Below are positions 32,522 to 42,561 of a stretch of 57,999 nucleotides of DNA, one piece after another. Both the position numbers and the translations under genes were made by a program. The notes under the pieces were generated by a model that had not been told where the DNA came from, did not search any database, and worked only from the letters and a program-made list of their open reading frames with translations. Where the stretch lies: IMG/VR virus record IMGVR_UViG_3300031962_000004, positions 1-57,999 of that record; one strand, written 5' to 3'. Source of the stretch: a virus. The first letter of the stretch is position 1; each line of letters starts with the position of its first letter.

Positions 32522-34660
32522 GTGCCGATTTCAGGCCAGCTCGGTTCCGGTTCGCTGGGGCAATTCGTCCTGGGTCAACCCGGACCGCTGACTTCGCAGC
32601 AAGCCTGGATTCAGTCTTTCACGGCCAGTAACTACGGCCCCGTCCTGCCCGGAACGGCGATCACTCTGACGTGGGTGAGCAAATTCGCCACTACCGCGAG
32701 CATTGCGCCAGCCGTGGGATCGGTCGCGACCAGCGGCTCAACCGTTGTCAGTCCCACGGTCACGACCACCTATACCCTGACGGTCTCTGACGGAGTGAAT
32801 CCTGCGCAGACGCGCTCTCTGACGATTCAGGTCACGGCTCCCGCCGTTTTCGTGCGTTCCGCCAAGAGCGGCCCAATAGTCGGAACCGATGTCAGTTGTT
32901 CGATGCAGTTGGATTTGGGTGATCTTGTTATCGTGGTCGCCTTCTCTAACACGCCTAGCAATTCCAATGACCTGAACGTAACAGACAGCCTGGGGAATAT
33001 TTATCACCCTGATGTCCAGGGCGGACTCTTCACGTTCGACACCTCCCCAGGTGCCTCGGCCCATGCCGGGAGCATGGCTATTTTTTCGACAATCGTGATG
33101 ATCGCGGGAAACGCAACCATCACTAATACTTCGTCCGCGCTTCACATACTGGCGATTGCGGCACTGGAATACGTCCCAGCTCCCGGAATGGCTTTCGCGC
33201 AAGGCGCTAAAATGATCGGCGATTCGGCGCCGGATTCAGGCGGTCCCCCCGAGTCCTTCGGGTCCGGCCCTTACAACTACGCCAATTCTATTATCATTAC
33301 GGCCATCAAAGACGGCTTTGGAAATCTCTGGAGTTCCGTCGATGGCGATACCAGCCGCGTGCAGATTCCGGGCGCAGCGTTCACAGGACAGGGCGCCTTG
33401 GGTTGCGCTGTATTCGATGCCATTCTCGCCGGGCCTGGAAGCAGAAATTCCAATCTGCAAGGCACGCCCATTGGCGGGGCAGGCACATTTGATTTTGAAA
33501 GCCCGAACATCCTAGTAGCTGTTTATTCCGCCCCGCTCGTGCGCCCCGTAGCCCTTGATTCGCAGGCTTCCGTTCGCGGCTCACTGGGTAGCACCATCGC
33601 CGGCTACGCTGGCCAGCCATCGGTTGATGTTTCGTTGGGTTATCTGCCGGAAATCGGTAGCGTCGTGTTTATCGCTGCGGAGGGTTCCTGGGACCTAACG
33701 GCACCTAACTTGCCGGCCTTTCAGCCGTCCGATACCTACGGCAATATCTACGCCCGGATCGTCCACTGGGAAGGTGTCGTAATCAACGGCGTGGCCCAGC
33801 AGCAGGCCGCAGCGATCTACTACACCATAGTTAAGCACCTTCCGGTCTCAGGTGTATTCACCGCCACCGTCCAGATGGCTCCCGTGAATGCCGGAGGGCC
33901 GGGCTGCGCGGCGATTGCAGAGTATGCCCTGGGCAATCTCAACCCGGCGAATATCCAAGCGGCGATTCTAGTCAACAAGACTACGGAAGGATCACTGAGC
34001 CGGTTTATTTCCGGCAACATCACAGTGTCGGGCCGGAGTCTCTACGCCGGGTTTGCGCAGGCCATTGCTAACGCCGGAAACAATGTGGCTACTCCGTTTC
34101 TACCTGCGGCTGGATACACAATTGATGCCCAGTGGAATCTCGCACAGGTCTACGTCACGCCGCTCAATAGCTGGCCGCGAGTCGGAACCGGAGCGTGGAT
34201 TCATAAGTACGTTCCGAGTGGGACTTACGATGGGGAAGGGCTGACGACTGGAACGCAACTAGGGGGCATCACGATTCTGGCTGTACCTGCGGGTGCTACC
34301 TTAACGATTGCGTGCCCCGTGGGAGCGGGAACCGCGCAAGTAGGAGTTCCTTACAGCGCACAAGTCATCGTATCTGGCGGCACTCCTCCCTACACTTTCG
34401 CAATTGTTTCGGGCCGATTACCTCCGGGCCTGACGCTGAATCCAATGAGTGGAATCATCAGCGGTATACCGACATTGCCTGATACGTTCCTCTATACCGT
34501 GCAAGTAACGGACGCTAACGGCCTCATGTCGGCGGTCACAGCGCCTTGTCAGATTATCGTGACTCAGAACGCGCCGCCGTTCTGTATCATTGTTCCAGTG
34601 CCCACCGTTCTTCCTACGCTCGTGGCGTTTAATGAACCGCTAGAAAATAAGGGCTCCTGA
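32522..34660 (+). CDS. Tail fibre / receptor-binding protein with a putative Ig-like domain
   Basis: GGTPPYTFAIVSGRLPPGLTLNPMSGIISGIPT near the C-terminus. Confidence 0.55.
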   Translation: MPISGQLGSGSLGQFVLGQPGPLTSQQAWIQSFTASNYGPVLPGTAITLTWVSKFATTASIAPAVGSVATSGSTVVSPTVTTTYTLTVSDGVNPAQTRSLTIQVTAPAVFVRSAKSGPIVGTDVSCSMQLDLGDLVIVVAFSNTPSNSNDLNVTDSLGNIYHPDVQGGLFTFDTSPGASAHAGSMAIFSTIVMIAGNATITNTSSALHILAIAALEYVPAPGMAFAQGAKMIGDSAPDSGGPPESFGSGPYNYANSIIITAIKDGFGNLWSSVDGDTSRVQIPGAAFTGQGALGCAVFDAILAGPGSRNSNLQGTPIGGAGTFDFESPNILVAVYSAPLVRPVALDSQASVRGSLGSTIAGYAGQPSVDVSLGYLPEIGSVVFIAAEGSWDLTAPNLPAFQPSDTYGNIYARIVHWEGVVINGVAQQQAAAIYYTIVKHLPVSGVFTATVQMAPVNAGGPGCAAIAEYALGNLNPANIQAAILVNKTTEGSLSRFISGNITVSGRSLYAGFAQAIANAGNNVATPFLPAAGYTIDAQWNLAQVYVTPLNSWPRVGTGAWIHKYVPSGTYDGEGLTTGTQLGGITILAVPAGATLTIACPVGAGTAQVGVPYSAQVIVSGGTPPYTFAIVSGRLPPGLTLNPMSGIISGIPTLPDTFLYTVQVTDANGLMSAVTAPCQIIVTQNAPPFCIIVPVPTVLPTLVAFNEPLENKGS

Positions 34661-35169
34661 TGGCCATCGACCGGAACTACCGCCCACCGCCCACTGGAAA
34701 CCCAATCACGGACGTGGCCTTGCGCCAGATCCTCGACCACGTGTACGACCTGCGCAATAGCTACGGCCCCACTAGCGTATTCGGCCAGAGCGCTCCGACC
34801 GCCGCTCTTGTCACCGTTCCGAGTAAGGCAGCAGGTAAACCGGCCAGCGGCATCGGAGTGAGCGTGACACTTGACCGTCCTGGTAACTGGCTCCTGACCG
34901 CAGCGGTTGCCCTCCACATCCTGGGCGATAACGGGCAGGTGTTCACCCTCTCGCTATCGACCGGCAGCGTCCTGCCTCAGCCCCAGACCGCGCAATGGAA
35001 GCAGGGCGCGGACGGCCAGGTGATCCTGCACCAGACCTGGCAGATTCCAACGGTCAAGGGTTCACTTGTATGCCGCCTGCTCATCATCAAGGACGGCGGC
35101 GCAGGCACGTCCAGTGTAGACCCGCGCAATTCCACACTTTCAGCGCTGTGGCAGGGTCCGCTCGGATGA
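34660..35169 (+). CDS. Hypothetical virion-module protein, 169 aa
   Basis: Track ORF; TGATG overlap. Confidence 0.55.
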   Translation: MAIDRNYRPPPTGNPITDVALRQILDHVYDLRNSYGPTSVFGQSAPTAALVTVPSKAAGKPASGIGVSVTLDRPGNWLLTAAVALHILGDNGQVFTLSLSTGSVLPQPQTAQWKQGADGQVILHQTWQIPTVKGSLVCRLLIIKDGGAGTSSVDPRNSTLSALWQGPLG

Positions 35170-35189
35170 TAAAGGAGTAGAATCTAACC

Positions 35190-35708
35190 ATGGCATCCTC
35201 ACTTTCTCCCCAGCCGGTTGCCGGGGGAGATAACGATCTTACGCGGTACCAGAGGTCTTTAACCGATCTCATGGGGACTTCGGGCGAGGCCACGCAAGCG
35301 GCCGGTGCCGCCGCCCTCAAGGCCCCCATCGACTACTGGACTAAGATCCTGTCGGGCAACAAAGCTGAAATCTCCGCCGCGCTCGAGCCCGAACTGGCCG
35401 CCTCTAACGCGGGATTCGAGCAGCAAAGGCGCACGCTCGATCAATACACACCCATGGGCGGCGGGAGATCCTCGGCGGTGATGAACCTCGGGTCGAAGAA
35501 AGCCCAGACTAACGCGGGTATTATTTCGAGTGCGCGTGCCGGAGCGGCTCCCCAACTCGCACAGGCCGGGCTCCAGGAACAGAGTTTGGGTATCGAGCAA
35601 CTGGGGCAAGCCATTCAGGCGATCCTATCCAAGATGGGCATCAATATCCAGGGCGGGACTTCCGCGACGTTCTCGTCGATCTTGCAGGGAATCGGCGCAA
35701 TCGTATAA
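35190..35708 (+). CDS. Ala/Gln/Gly-rich protein, 172 aa (internal virion protein candidate)
   Basis: Track ORF; AAGGAG SD. Confidence 0.5.
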   Translation: MASSLSPQPVAGGDNDLTRYQRSLTDLMGTSGEATQAAGAAALKAPIDYWTKILSGNKAEISAALEPELAASNAGFEQQRRTLDQYTPMGGGRSSAVMNLGSKKAQTNAGIISSARAGAAPQLAQAGLQEQSLGIEQLGQAIQAILSKMGINIQGGTSATFSSILQGIGAIV

Positions 35709-35717
35709 GGAGCAATC

Positions 35718-35906
35718 ATGGGAGCACTCATCGGCGCTCTTGCGAAGAGGGCCGCGAAGCAGCTGGGGAGAAAAGTAGAGGCACGGGTGAAGAATCCGGG
35801 CAGCAAGGGCGGAGGGGGATCTACGCCCATGGACTCCGCCGTCGAGGCGGCCACCAAGGACTACGTCAAGAAGCGCTCCTCGAAGAATAACGGCAGCAAA
35901 TATTAA
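35718..35906 (+). CDS. Small basic protein, 62 aa
   Basis: Track ORF; AAGGAG SD. Confidence 0.55.
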   Translation: MGALIGALAKRAAKQLGRKVEARVKNPGSKGGGGSTPMDSAVEAATKDYVKKRSSKNNGSKY

Positions 35907-35909
35907 ACA

Positions 35910-37556
35910 ATGGGCATCATCACCAAGCTCATCGAGTTGAACCATCAGAAAAAGATGGATGATACCCGTGAGGAACTGGACCGCTACACCAAGATCCTGA
36001 CGCTCGCCACCGCGCAGCCTGACCTATTCAAACCGGAGACCGTTGACTGGGCGATCGACAATATCGCCAATCTAGCGGAGGGGCGTAAATCGGGAAGCAA
36101 GGGAGGTGGCGGAAAAGACAACCCGTTTAAGGTACTGCTGAAGGGAACGATCACCGGCCTGAAGCAGTTGAATCCCTCCCCCGACGCTCCTAAATCGGTT
36201 GGTGCGCCGCCTTCTCCCATGACGCGCAGTCCCGAAGAGCGCTCGCAATTCCGTGCGCAGCGCGAAACGGAATACGCCAAGGGTATCGGTGAGGAAGAGG
36301 GCGCCCGCGAGACCGCCAAGGGGGAGGCCGATGTAAAAACGGATCAGGCGCTCTTTGAGCAACAGGCCAGGCAGCGTAAGGAGACGCTCGACCAGAAGTT
36401 GAAGGCTATCGACACCGCCCCGTTCTCATCGGAACAAAAGCAGCAACTCGTCCAGCAGGCGTGGAGCGAGTTTGTGACGCTCGGGAAGGCTCCTATGAAG
36501 CCCAGCAGCGCAGTAGAAAAGCGCGCGCAGCTGGTCAAGGACTTCCAGGAACTAGGTCATAGCCCAGAGGAAGCGGAGCGCTTGGTAGCGCAGTCCGAGA
36601 CCGCTCCGAAACCCAAGCCTGAAGCCAAGCCTCCGGGTGAGTTGGGTGTGCGGGAAGCGGCCAGGAACATCATAGATAATCCCGATAAGTACACGCCTGG
36701 ACAGGTCGATGAAGCAAAAAAGACGCTCGCGCACCTCGATACCACTGCGGCTACATCGGTGGCGCGTCTCGGGAAGTCCCGTACCGATGCCGCGACGGCC
36801 AACGCCCCGACAATGGGTAACCCCGCCTCAGTCCGTTCGGCGGCGCTCTTCGAGTTGATCTCGGGCGATAAGCCATCCTTCGGACTTGGACGCAGCGCGG
36901 ATCGTGACGCCTACAATAAGCAGCGCAACGCGCTCCTGGCGGAACTCGGACCAGAGAAGGTAGCGCAGATGCGTGCGTCCTACAAAGCAGGGTCCGCCGA
37001 ACTATCGCAGTTAATGAAAGCAACCGGCCTGCTCGATTCCGTAGAGTCCGCATTCCAATTGGACATCAAGAACGCGCTTGACGCATCGCGCGACGTAGGC
37101 CGTACGGCTTCCCGGAGATTCAATAGCTGGACGCAGTTCGCCAAAGCGGACCTGACCGACTCACCGGAACTTGCGAAGTTCCGCGTGGCCACGCAGACCG
37201 CCACCAATCAGTACTCCCGTATCATGGTGAGCGCCGGCCGTGGCAGCGTCACCACCGACAGTGCTCGCACACACGCCGAAGAACTGCTCAACACCGCCAT
37301 GGCGACTGGAGCGTTTGAGGCCGCGCTCCACCAGATGGACATCGAGGCCCAGAACATGACCAAGGGCTTAAATGCGGCCACGGGACGGGCCGAGCAGCGG
37401 ATGACGGGCGCGCCTGCTCCACAGACCGCACTTCCTAAGCCTGATAAGCTCGGACAGAAGCTCAATAAGATGCAAGGCCAGCAGTACCTCGACGCGGCAG
37501 GTGGTGATAAGGAAAAGGCTCGCGCGGCGGCCAAGAAAGACGGCTGGGGGCTCTAG
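35910..37556 (+). CDS. Large charged coiled-coil protein, 548 aa (internal/ejection protein candidate)
   Basis: Track ORF; called from composition and position. Confidence 0.5.
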   Translation: MGIITKLIELNHQKKMDDTREELDRYTKILTLATAQPDLFKPETVDWAIDNIANLAEGRKSGSKGGGGKDNPFKVLLKGTITGLKQLNPSPDAPKSVGAPPSPMTRSPEERSQFRAQRETEYAKGIGEEEGARETAKGEADVKTDQALFEQQARQRKETLDQKLKAIDTAPFSSEQKQQLVQQAWSEFVTLGKAPMKPSSAVEKRAQLVKDFQELGHSPEEAERLVAQSETAPKPKPEAKPPGELGVREAARNIIDNPDKYTPGQVDEAKKTLAHLDTTAATSVARLGKSRTDAATANAPTMGNPASVRSAALFELISGDKPSFGLGRSADRDAYNKQRNALLAELGPEKVAQMRASYKAGSAELSQLMKATGLLDSVESAFQLDIKNALDASRDVGRTASRRFNSWTQFAKADLTDSPELAKFRVATQTATNQYSRIMVSAGRGSVTTDSARTHAEELLNTAMATGAFEAALHQMDIEAQNMTKGLNAATGRAEQRMTGAPAPQTALPKPDKLGQKLNKMQGQQYLDAAGGDKEKARAAAKKDGWGL

Positions 37557-39436
37557 TGCCGGATGTTTTCGATGAAATCGCTCCGTCCCCCTCGTCGTCC
37601 AAGGGCGACGTATTTGATGAGATCGCTCCCGACAAGGAAAAGAAAAAAGGAAAGAGCCAAGTCGGAGAATTCTTCTCTACCCTCGGAAGCGACATCTTAG
37701 ACATCCCTGGAGCCGTATACGGAGCGGCAAAGGATCTGCCGGGGACGCTGAAGGGTATGGAGTCCGCTCGCGAGGGGGAAGTAGAGGCCGGTGCGCAGGC
37801 GTTCAAGAAAGGCCAGTACGGAGAGGCTATCCGGCGCGGAGTGTTCGGCCAGATCCCCGTCATTGGTCCCGCGCTCTCGCAGGCTGGCACGGAAGCGGGG
37901 CGCGGGGAGTACGGCAAGGCGGCCGCCCACGCTCTGGAACTTACTCCCGTACCGGAATTAGCGGCCCGTGGTGCTTTGCGGCTCGGAAAGACAGCGGCGG
38001 TTGCCGCTAAAGGCAAACTCACTCCTAGGACCGTTCTCAACCCCAAGGAAGCACAGGCGATAGAGTTTGCCGAGAAACAGGGAGTACCTACTACTGTTGG
38101 TCAGAGAACCGGACAACTTGGGTTACAGAAGATGGAGCGTGGCCTTGAAAACTTCCCTGGTTCCGCATCGAAAACAGAGGATTTCTTCAAGGGTCAGCAG
38201 GCCAAACTAGCGGAGACAGGCGAGAAGTTGACACAGCGGGCATCGCCAGTCAAGACTAATGCCTACGGCGCCGGTAAACAGGTACAGGATGCGCTTTCGT
38301 ATCGCGTCACGCGGCTGAAGACCCAAGCCGATCGACTATACGATCAAGTACGCTCAGAAGCTGCCGCGAACACCAAGACTGTCCAAACAGGGCTCCAGAC
38401 CTCTCCGGTGGTTGGTCCATCCGGTCAGCCGATAACCACACCCGTCTTCAAAACGCTCGAAACCCCGGTGGAGTTAGCGCCCATACGTGATGCACTCAAG
38501 CCAGTCTTTGACGACCTAGAAAGGTCCCTGCCGGAAGCCCGTCGCGCGAACTCCCCTGCGTTCCGTGCACTGAGCGATGTTATGAAGTCCACCGAAACGC
38601 ACATGAACGCGATGGACTTCGACCGCTTCTTGAGCGCGGTCAAATCGATGTCGCGCGATGGAAAAAGCGAACTACTAACATCTAAGTCTCAGGGAATCGC
38701 CCGTAAGATCATCCAGGAAGGGGAAAGTCAGTTCCAGGCCGCGATGCAGACGGCAGGACCAGACACGATGGACAAACTTACCAAGGCTCGCGGAATGGTC
38801 AAGGCGTACTACGGGACAGACGAACTACTCAACTCACTGAGAGACGAACCAGCCGCTCTCTATAAGAATCTGGTGTCCGGTGGCGACGTGACCTTCAACA
38901 CCCTCCAGGAGCTTCGCAAGGTGGCGCCTCGCTCAGTGAATGTCGTCGGCAGGACTTTCCTGGAAGGGCTATTGAGCAAGGCTACTGCTGAGGGTGGATT
39001 CGGGAGGAGCGCCGGGGTACTTGCCGACTGGCAGCGCATGGGCCCGGAAACCAAGCAATTGCTATTTGGACCACAACTCACTGCCGACATGGACAAGTAC
39101 CTGCTTGCCGCTAAGCGCCTTACTCCGGTTGAGGGTTCTGCAACGGCTGGACGCATCTCGACACTGCTTCCATTTGGGATCGGAGCGGAGGTGGTTCGTC
39201 AGATTCTCACCGGGAATATAGCGGGCGCTGGCTTGACGGTAGCCGGTGGAGCGGCGATGGAATACGCCATACCGAATATCGCAGCACGAGTCCTATTCTC
39301 ACAGGACGGGGCGAGGTTGGCAGCGAGGGCTTTAACGCTTCCGCCTGGGTCTTCGGCATGGAATAGCGTGACTCGCAGGCTATTCACGGCGGCGCGCGGA
39401 GCCCAGATCGCCACCGAGAACCGCGACGAACAGTGA
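37556..39436 (+). CDS. Large Ala/Gly/Lys-rich protein, 626 aa (internal/ejection or tape-measure-like candidate)
   Basis: Track ORF; GTG start; N-terminal duplicated DVFDEIAP. Confidence 0.5.
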   Translation: MPDVFDEIAPSPSSSKGDVFDEIAPDKEKKKGKSQVGEFFSTLGSDILDIPGAVYGAAKDLPGTLKGMESAREGEVEAGAQAFKKGQYGEAIRRGVFGQIPVIGPALSQAGTEAGRGEYGKAAAHALELTPVPELAARGALRLGKTAAVAAKGKLTPRTVLNPKEAQAIEFAEKQGVPTTVGQRTGQLGLQKMERGLENFPGSASKTEDFFKGQQAKLAETGEKLTQRASPVKTNAYGAGKQVQDALSYRVTRLKTQADRLYDQVRSEAAANTKTVQTGLQTSPVVGPSGQPITTPVFKTLETPVELAPIRDALKPVFDDLERSLPEARRANSPAFRALSDVMKSTETHMNAMDFDRFLSAVKSMSRDGKSELLTSKSQGIARKIIQEGESQFQAAMQTAGPDTMDKLTKARGMVKAYYGTDELLNSLRDEPAALYKNLVSGGDVTFNTLQELRKVAPRSVNVVGRTFLEGLLSKATAEGGFGRSAGVLADWQRMGPETKQLLFGPQLTADMDKYLLAAKRLTPVEGSATAGRISTLLPFGIGAEVVRQILTGNIAGAGLTVAGGAAMEYAIPNIAARVLFSQDGARLAARALTLPPGSSAWNSVTRRLFTAARGAQIATENRDEQ

Positions 39437-40200
39437 GGTTCTCTACAACATCTCTAGCGGAATTAAGTACGTGCGGAGAGCGTTACCGCCAGCGCTACGT
39501 CCAGCAGATCCGCACGGCCCCAAACTTCAACCGCATCCTGGGGCGCGCGGTGGACGCGACCGTAACCCAGGACCTGCAATCCAAGATCGAGACGGGAGAG
39601 TTGCTTAAGCCTAATAATGTAACGGAGATCGCGAGACTGCAAGTTGAAACCATAATAAGACTCGACGGGATCTCGCTCACGGAAGCCGAAGCCGCCAAGG
39701 GGATGAACCGCGTGCGGACGGAACTTACGCAACTGGCGGTCCAGATGAGCCAGCTTCATCATTGCTATATCGCTCCGCGCCTGGTTCCCACGCAGGTGCA
39801 GCGTGATTTCGAGATCCAGATCGCGGGCCACACGATCACCGGCAGGATTGACATACAGGAAGGGAGCCGCGCGATTCGCGACACCAAGGTCAGCGGGCGC
39901 TCCCCCTCCTCCGATGAGGCGGATCGCAGTTTGCAGTTGACGATCTACGCGATGGCGTGCGCGCAACTCGATGGAAGAATCCCGGATCGCTTGTATCTGG
40001 ACTACCTCATCCACACGACCGATCCGCGCGTAGTAAAGCTGGAGACGACTCGGGCGCGTCACCATTTCCATGCGGTCGAGGAGAGGGTGCTCGCGGCGGT
40101 TAAGGCCGTAGAGAGCGGAGTGTTCCTGCCGGCTAATCCTGATGCTTGGTTCTGCTCTGAACGATACTGCGCCTACTTCGCGGGATGCAGGTACGTTTAG
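39433..40200 (+). CDS. Cas4/RecB-family PD-(D/E)XK exonuclease with a 4-Cys cluster
   Basis: N-terminal Cys (LSTCGERY); GRIDIQEG..IRDTKV; QLTIY; C-terminal CSERYCAYFAGC. Confidence 0.7.
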   Translation: MRFSTTSLAELSTCGERYRQRYVQQIRTAPNFNRILGRAVDATVTQDLQSKIETGELLKPNNVTEIARLQVETIIRLDGISLTEAEAAKGMNRVRTELTQLAVQMSQLHHCYIAPRLVPTQVQRDFEIQIAGHTITGRIDIQEGSRAIRDTKVSGRSPSSDEADRSLQLTIYAMACAQLDGRIPDRLYLDYLIHTTDPRVVKLETTRARHHFHAVEERVLAAVKAVESGVFLPANPDAWFCSERYCAYFAGCRYV

Positions 40201-40496
40201 TCCTGATCTGAACCGAACATCGCCTTCACCAACTCTTCTTCGATCTGCCGGTCGCTGAACCCCTGCTCCTTCAACTTCGCCCGCATGTCGTCCAGATCGT
40301 CTTCGCTAGGCTCCTGTCCATACTCCCCGATAGCTTCGGGGCCGAGCGGTTTCTCGGGCATGGGAACGGCTTCAGGGATACGTAGCACCGCCTCCACACA
40401 CGCCGCGATGCGCTCGAACGCGGTCGCCATGCGGCGGACCTCGGACACTAGTTCGTCGCCTTGCTGAGCGGTCAGGAGTTTATCAAGGAGACTCAT
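40197..40496 (-). CDS. Hypothetical acidic protein, 99 aa
   Basis: Track ORF; ATGA overlap upstream. Confidence 0.6.
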   Translation of the reverse strand: MSLLDKLLTAQQGDELVSEVRRMATAFERIAACVEAVLRIPEAVPMPEKPLGPEAIGEYGQEPSEDDLDDMRAKLKEQGFSDRQIEEELVKAMFGSDQD

Positions 40497-41173
40497 TTCT
40501 TTAGAACGGTGACGCGACCAGGTAGTTCTTTCTCACTCGCAATGGCATCGTGAATCTCAGGGTCCATCGCGGGTGTCGCCCAGTCTTCCGCTTCCTGCCG
40601 GGCGATGCGCTGCGCTTGCTCTGGCGGGATGTTCAAGTCGTTCGATGCCGCATAGGAGATGGCGGGTCCTTTCTTAAGCCCCGCCGCTACGTCCACGGGC
40701 TTGTGGTCTTCCGCGAGTGCGGGTGTACGCGGAACGCGCCCACCCACGGGCGGAAGTTCCGGGTCCTTCACACTGATCTTCGACTTCACCCGCGTATCGA
40801 CGTACTGGCCCTCTACCCGATGGGTTTCCATCCGGCCGAGTCCGGTTTCTTCCCGCTCTACCTGTGGATCTTTCTCCCACCCGATGATGGGCGAGTCGTG
40901 CTCGAGTTCCACCGCCTCCTCGCGGACCTCCACGAACTCGCGGCCCTCGACCACGCAGCGTTCCAGGAACTTGTCGTTACGCACGGGGTCTCCAGGACCT
41001 TGGGACTCGTAGGGGATGACCTGAATGGTGACGGAGTAGCGAACCAATGGGTAGGCATACATTGCGCGCAGGTTCATGGCCTGCAAGATTCCCTGGTGCA
41101 CACGGTCCTCGATGATGGTGCGCAGTTCGTCGCCGTTTAGGCTGTGGTGTGCTTCCTGTCGTCGGTCTGGCAT
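40493..41173 (-). CDS. Hypothetical protein, 226 aa
   Basis: Track ORF. Confidence 0.6.
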   Translation of the reverse strand: MPDRRQEAHHSLNGDELRTIIEDRVHQGILQAMNLRAMYAYPLVRYSVTIQVIPYESQGPGDPVRNDKFLERCVVEGREFVEVREEAVELEHDSPIIGWEKDPQVEREETGLGRMETHRVEGQYVDTRVKSKISVKDPELPPVGGRVPRTPALAEDHKPVDVAAGLKKGPAISYAASNDLNIPPEQAQRIARQEAEDWATPAMDPEIHDAIASEKELPGRVTVLKK

Positions 41174-41174
41174 G

Positions 41175-41252
41175 TTACCTCTTTCTCTGATTCAACAGTA
41201 ACGCGATCAATGCGGCGAAGGCGCACAGCGCCTCCCAGTGGTCTACGGTCAT
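41175..41252 (-). CDS. Micro membrane peptide, 25 aa
   Basis: ATGA overlap with the upstream stop; MTVDHWEALCAFAALIALLLNQRKR. Confidence 0.3.
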   Translation of the reverse strand: MTVDHWEALCAFAALIALLLNQRKR

Positions 41253-41758
41253 ATTTTCTTGGCGATGAACACGATTCCGTAGTCGGTCGGATCAGGGCAG
41301 GTATCTAAGATGATCTCATAATCCATAAGATTGAGGACTTCACGAGATATTTCTCCCACCTCCGGCTCGTGCTTATGAGCCAAGTTGGGAGGCTGTCCTC
41401 CAGTAATGGCTTTGGCCCATCTGTGTTTTTCGGGAGCCAGGATAATCAGGTGTCCTCCGAACTGCAGAACGCTATCCCATTCCTTCAGAAGCTCCGGCCA
41501 CTCCCCGATATCGAAATCTTCAATCAGGTGGCTAGAGTAGACGAAAGTCAAACAGTTCCTTCTAAACCACCATAGCTTTCGTCCATCTCCTCTAAGGTGG
41601 ATCGGTCCAGGACCGATCAGTGGGCAGTACGGTTTCTGCAGGTCGATCTGGATAGCGTGTGGAACCACGGGATCGCCAGCGCTCCCGATGTCTACACCAG
41701 CCCCGGTACAGTAAGGCGCGGTCAGGTGGCGATACTTTGATGTCTCGCTAGTCGCCAT
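41249..41758 (-). CDS. Class I SAM-dependent methyltransferase
   Basis: GAGVDIGSAGDP (motif I-like); FVYSSHLIEDF; LQFGGHLIILAP. Confidence 0.7.
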   Translation of the reverse strand: MATSETSKYRHLTAPYCTGAGVDIGSAGDPVVPHAIQIDLQKPYCPLIGPGPIHLRGDGRKLWWFRRNCLTFVYSSHLIEDFDIGEWPELLKEWDSVLQFGGHLIILAPEKHRWAKAITGGQPPNLAHKHEPEVGEISREVLNLMDYEIILDTCPDPTDYGIVFIAKKI

Positions 41759-42503
41759 ACGTTTCCTTCAGCTCCCGCTGAATCCAGTCAGGTGTCGATT
41801 CGCTACCCATCCGGTAGGTGATCGCGAACTCTTCCGTGTGGCGTCCGTCCGAGTACACCGCTCCCGCGATCTCCCGGTCGAAGAATTCCTCGTGCGAATG
41901 CACCCCCACGCGTCCGATGTTACGTGCCCTCGACACCAACGGGTAGAGCGACTTCCATCCGTACTCGTGCATCGCCATTGCGAGCGACCAGTCCCAGCCC
42001 AACTGAGTCTTGAGCTGGCGGTTCCACTCTGGGCGCATCCGTTCCCACTGTGCGCGGCTAAAGCACCACGCCGATGTGTAGATGGACCGGCACTCGTGGA
42101 TCTCTCGGTAGTTCTCGTCGCGGGGGACCACCTTACGGTAGTGCGGGTCACCGAGAGAGCAGAAGGCGTAGTCCTCGGCGTCCCACATCCCATAAAACCA
42201 GTCGGCTAGTTCCAGTGCGTCTGGAGAAAGGATTACGTCGTCTTCAAGCGCGACGTTGAAATCTACATCGTTGGAGCGGTCAAACACCGCGTTGTAGCAC
42301 TTCGCGTTGTGGTGGTCGATCCCGTAGTGGTTTTGTAGGTACACTATCTCCCATGAGGGAGGCACCTTGATCTTGAGTGGACTCCCGCCGTCAACAGATA
42401 CCAGCACTGCATAGTTGTCGACACCACGGCAGTCGATCAAAGCATGGATGCACTGCTCTAGATACTCCGGTCGATTGTACGACAGTATAGTCACTGTGCG
42501 CAT
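41748..42503 (-). CDS. GT-A fold glycosyltransferase (GT2/GnT-I-like)
   Basis: ATG at 42503 after GAGAGG; VTILSYNRPEYLEQCIHAL; LEDDVILSPDA (DxD). Confidence 0.7.
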   Translation of the reverse strand: MRTVTILSYNRPEYLEQCIHALIDCRGVDNYAVLVSVDGGSPLKIKVPPSWEIVYLQNHYGIDHHNAKCYNAVFDRSNDVDFNVALEDDVILSPDALELADWFYGMWDAEDYAFCSLGDPHYRKVVPRDENYREIHECRSIYTSAWCFSRAQWERMRPEWNRQLKTQLGWDWSLAMAMHEYGWKSLYPLVSRARNIGRVGVHSHEEFFDREIAGAVYSDGRHTEEFAITYRMGSESTPDWIQRELKETYGD

Positions 42504-42561
42504 TGATCCATTGCCTCTCGCTTCCGCGCATACATCCGTCTCCAAATGCGGTTATGGCATT

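Noticed and set aside
27409-34660. Fibre genes examined for a diversity-generating retroelement or an invertible (Gin/Cin-type) segment
   Set aside because: There is no reverse transcriptase and no template/variable repeat pair. No inverted repeats flank the fibre C-termini, and the only recombinase is more than 13 kb away with its candidate site next to its own gene.
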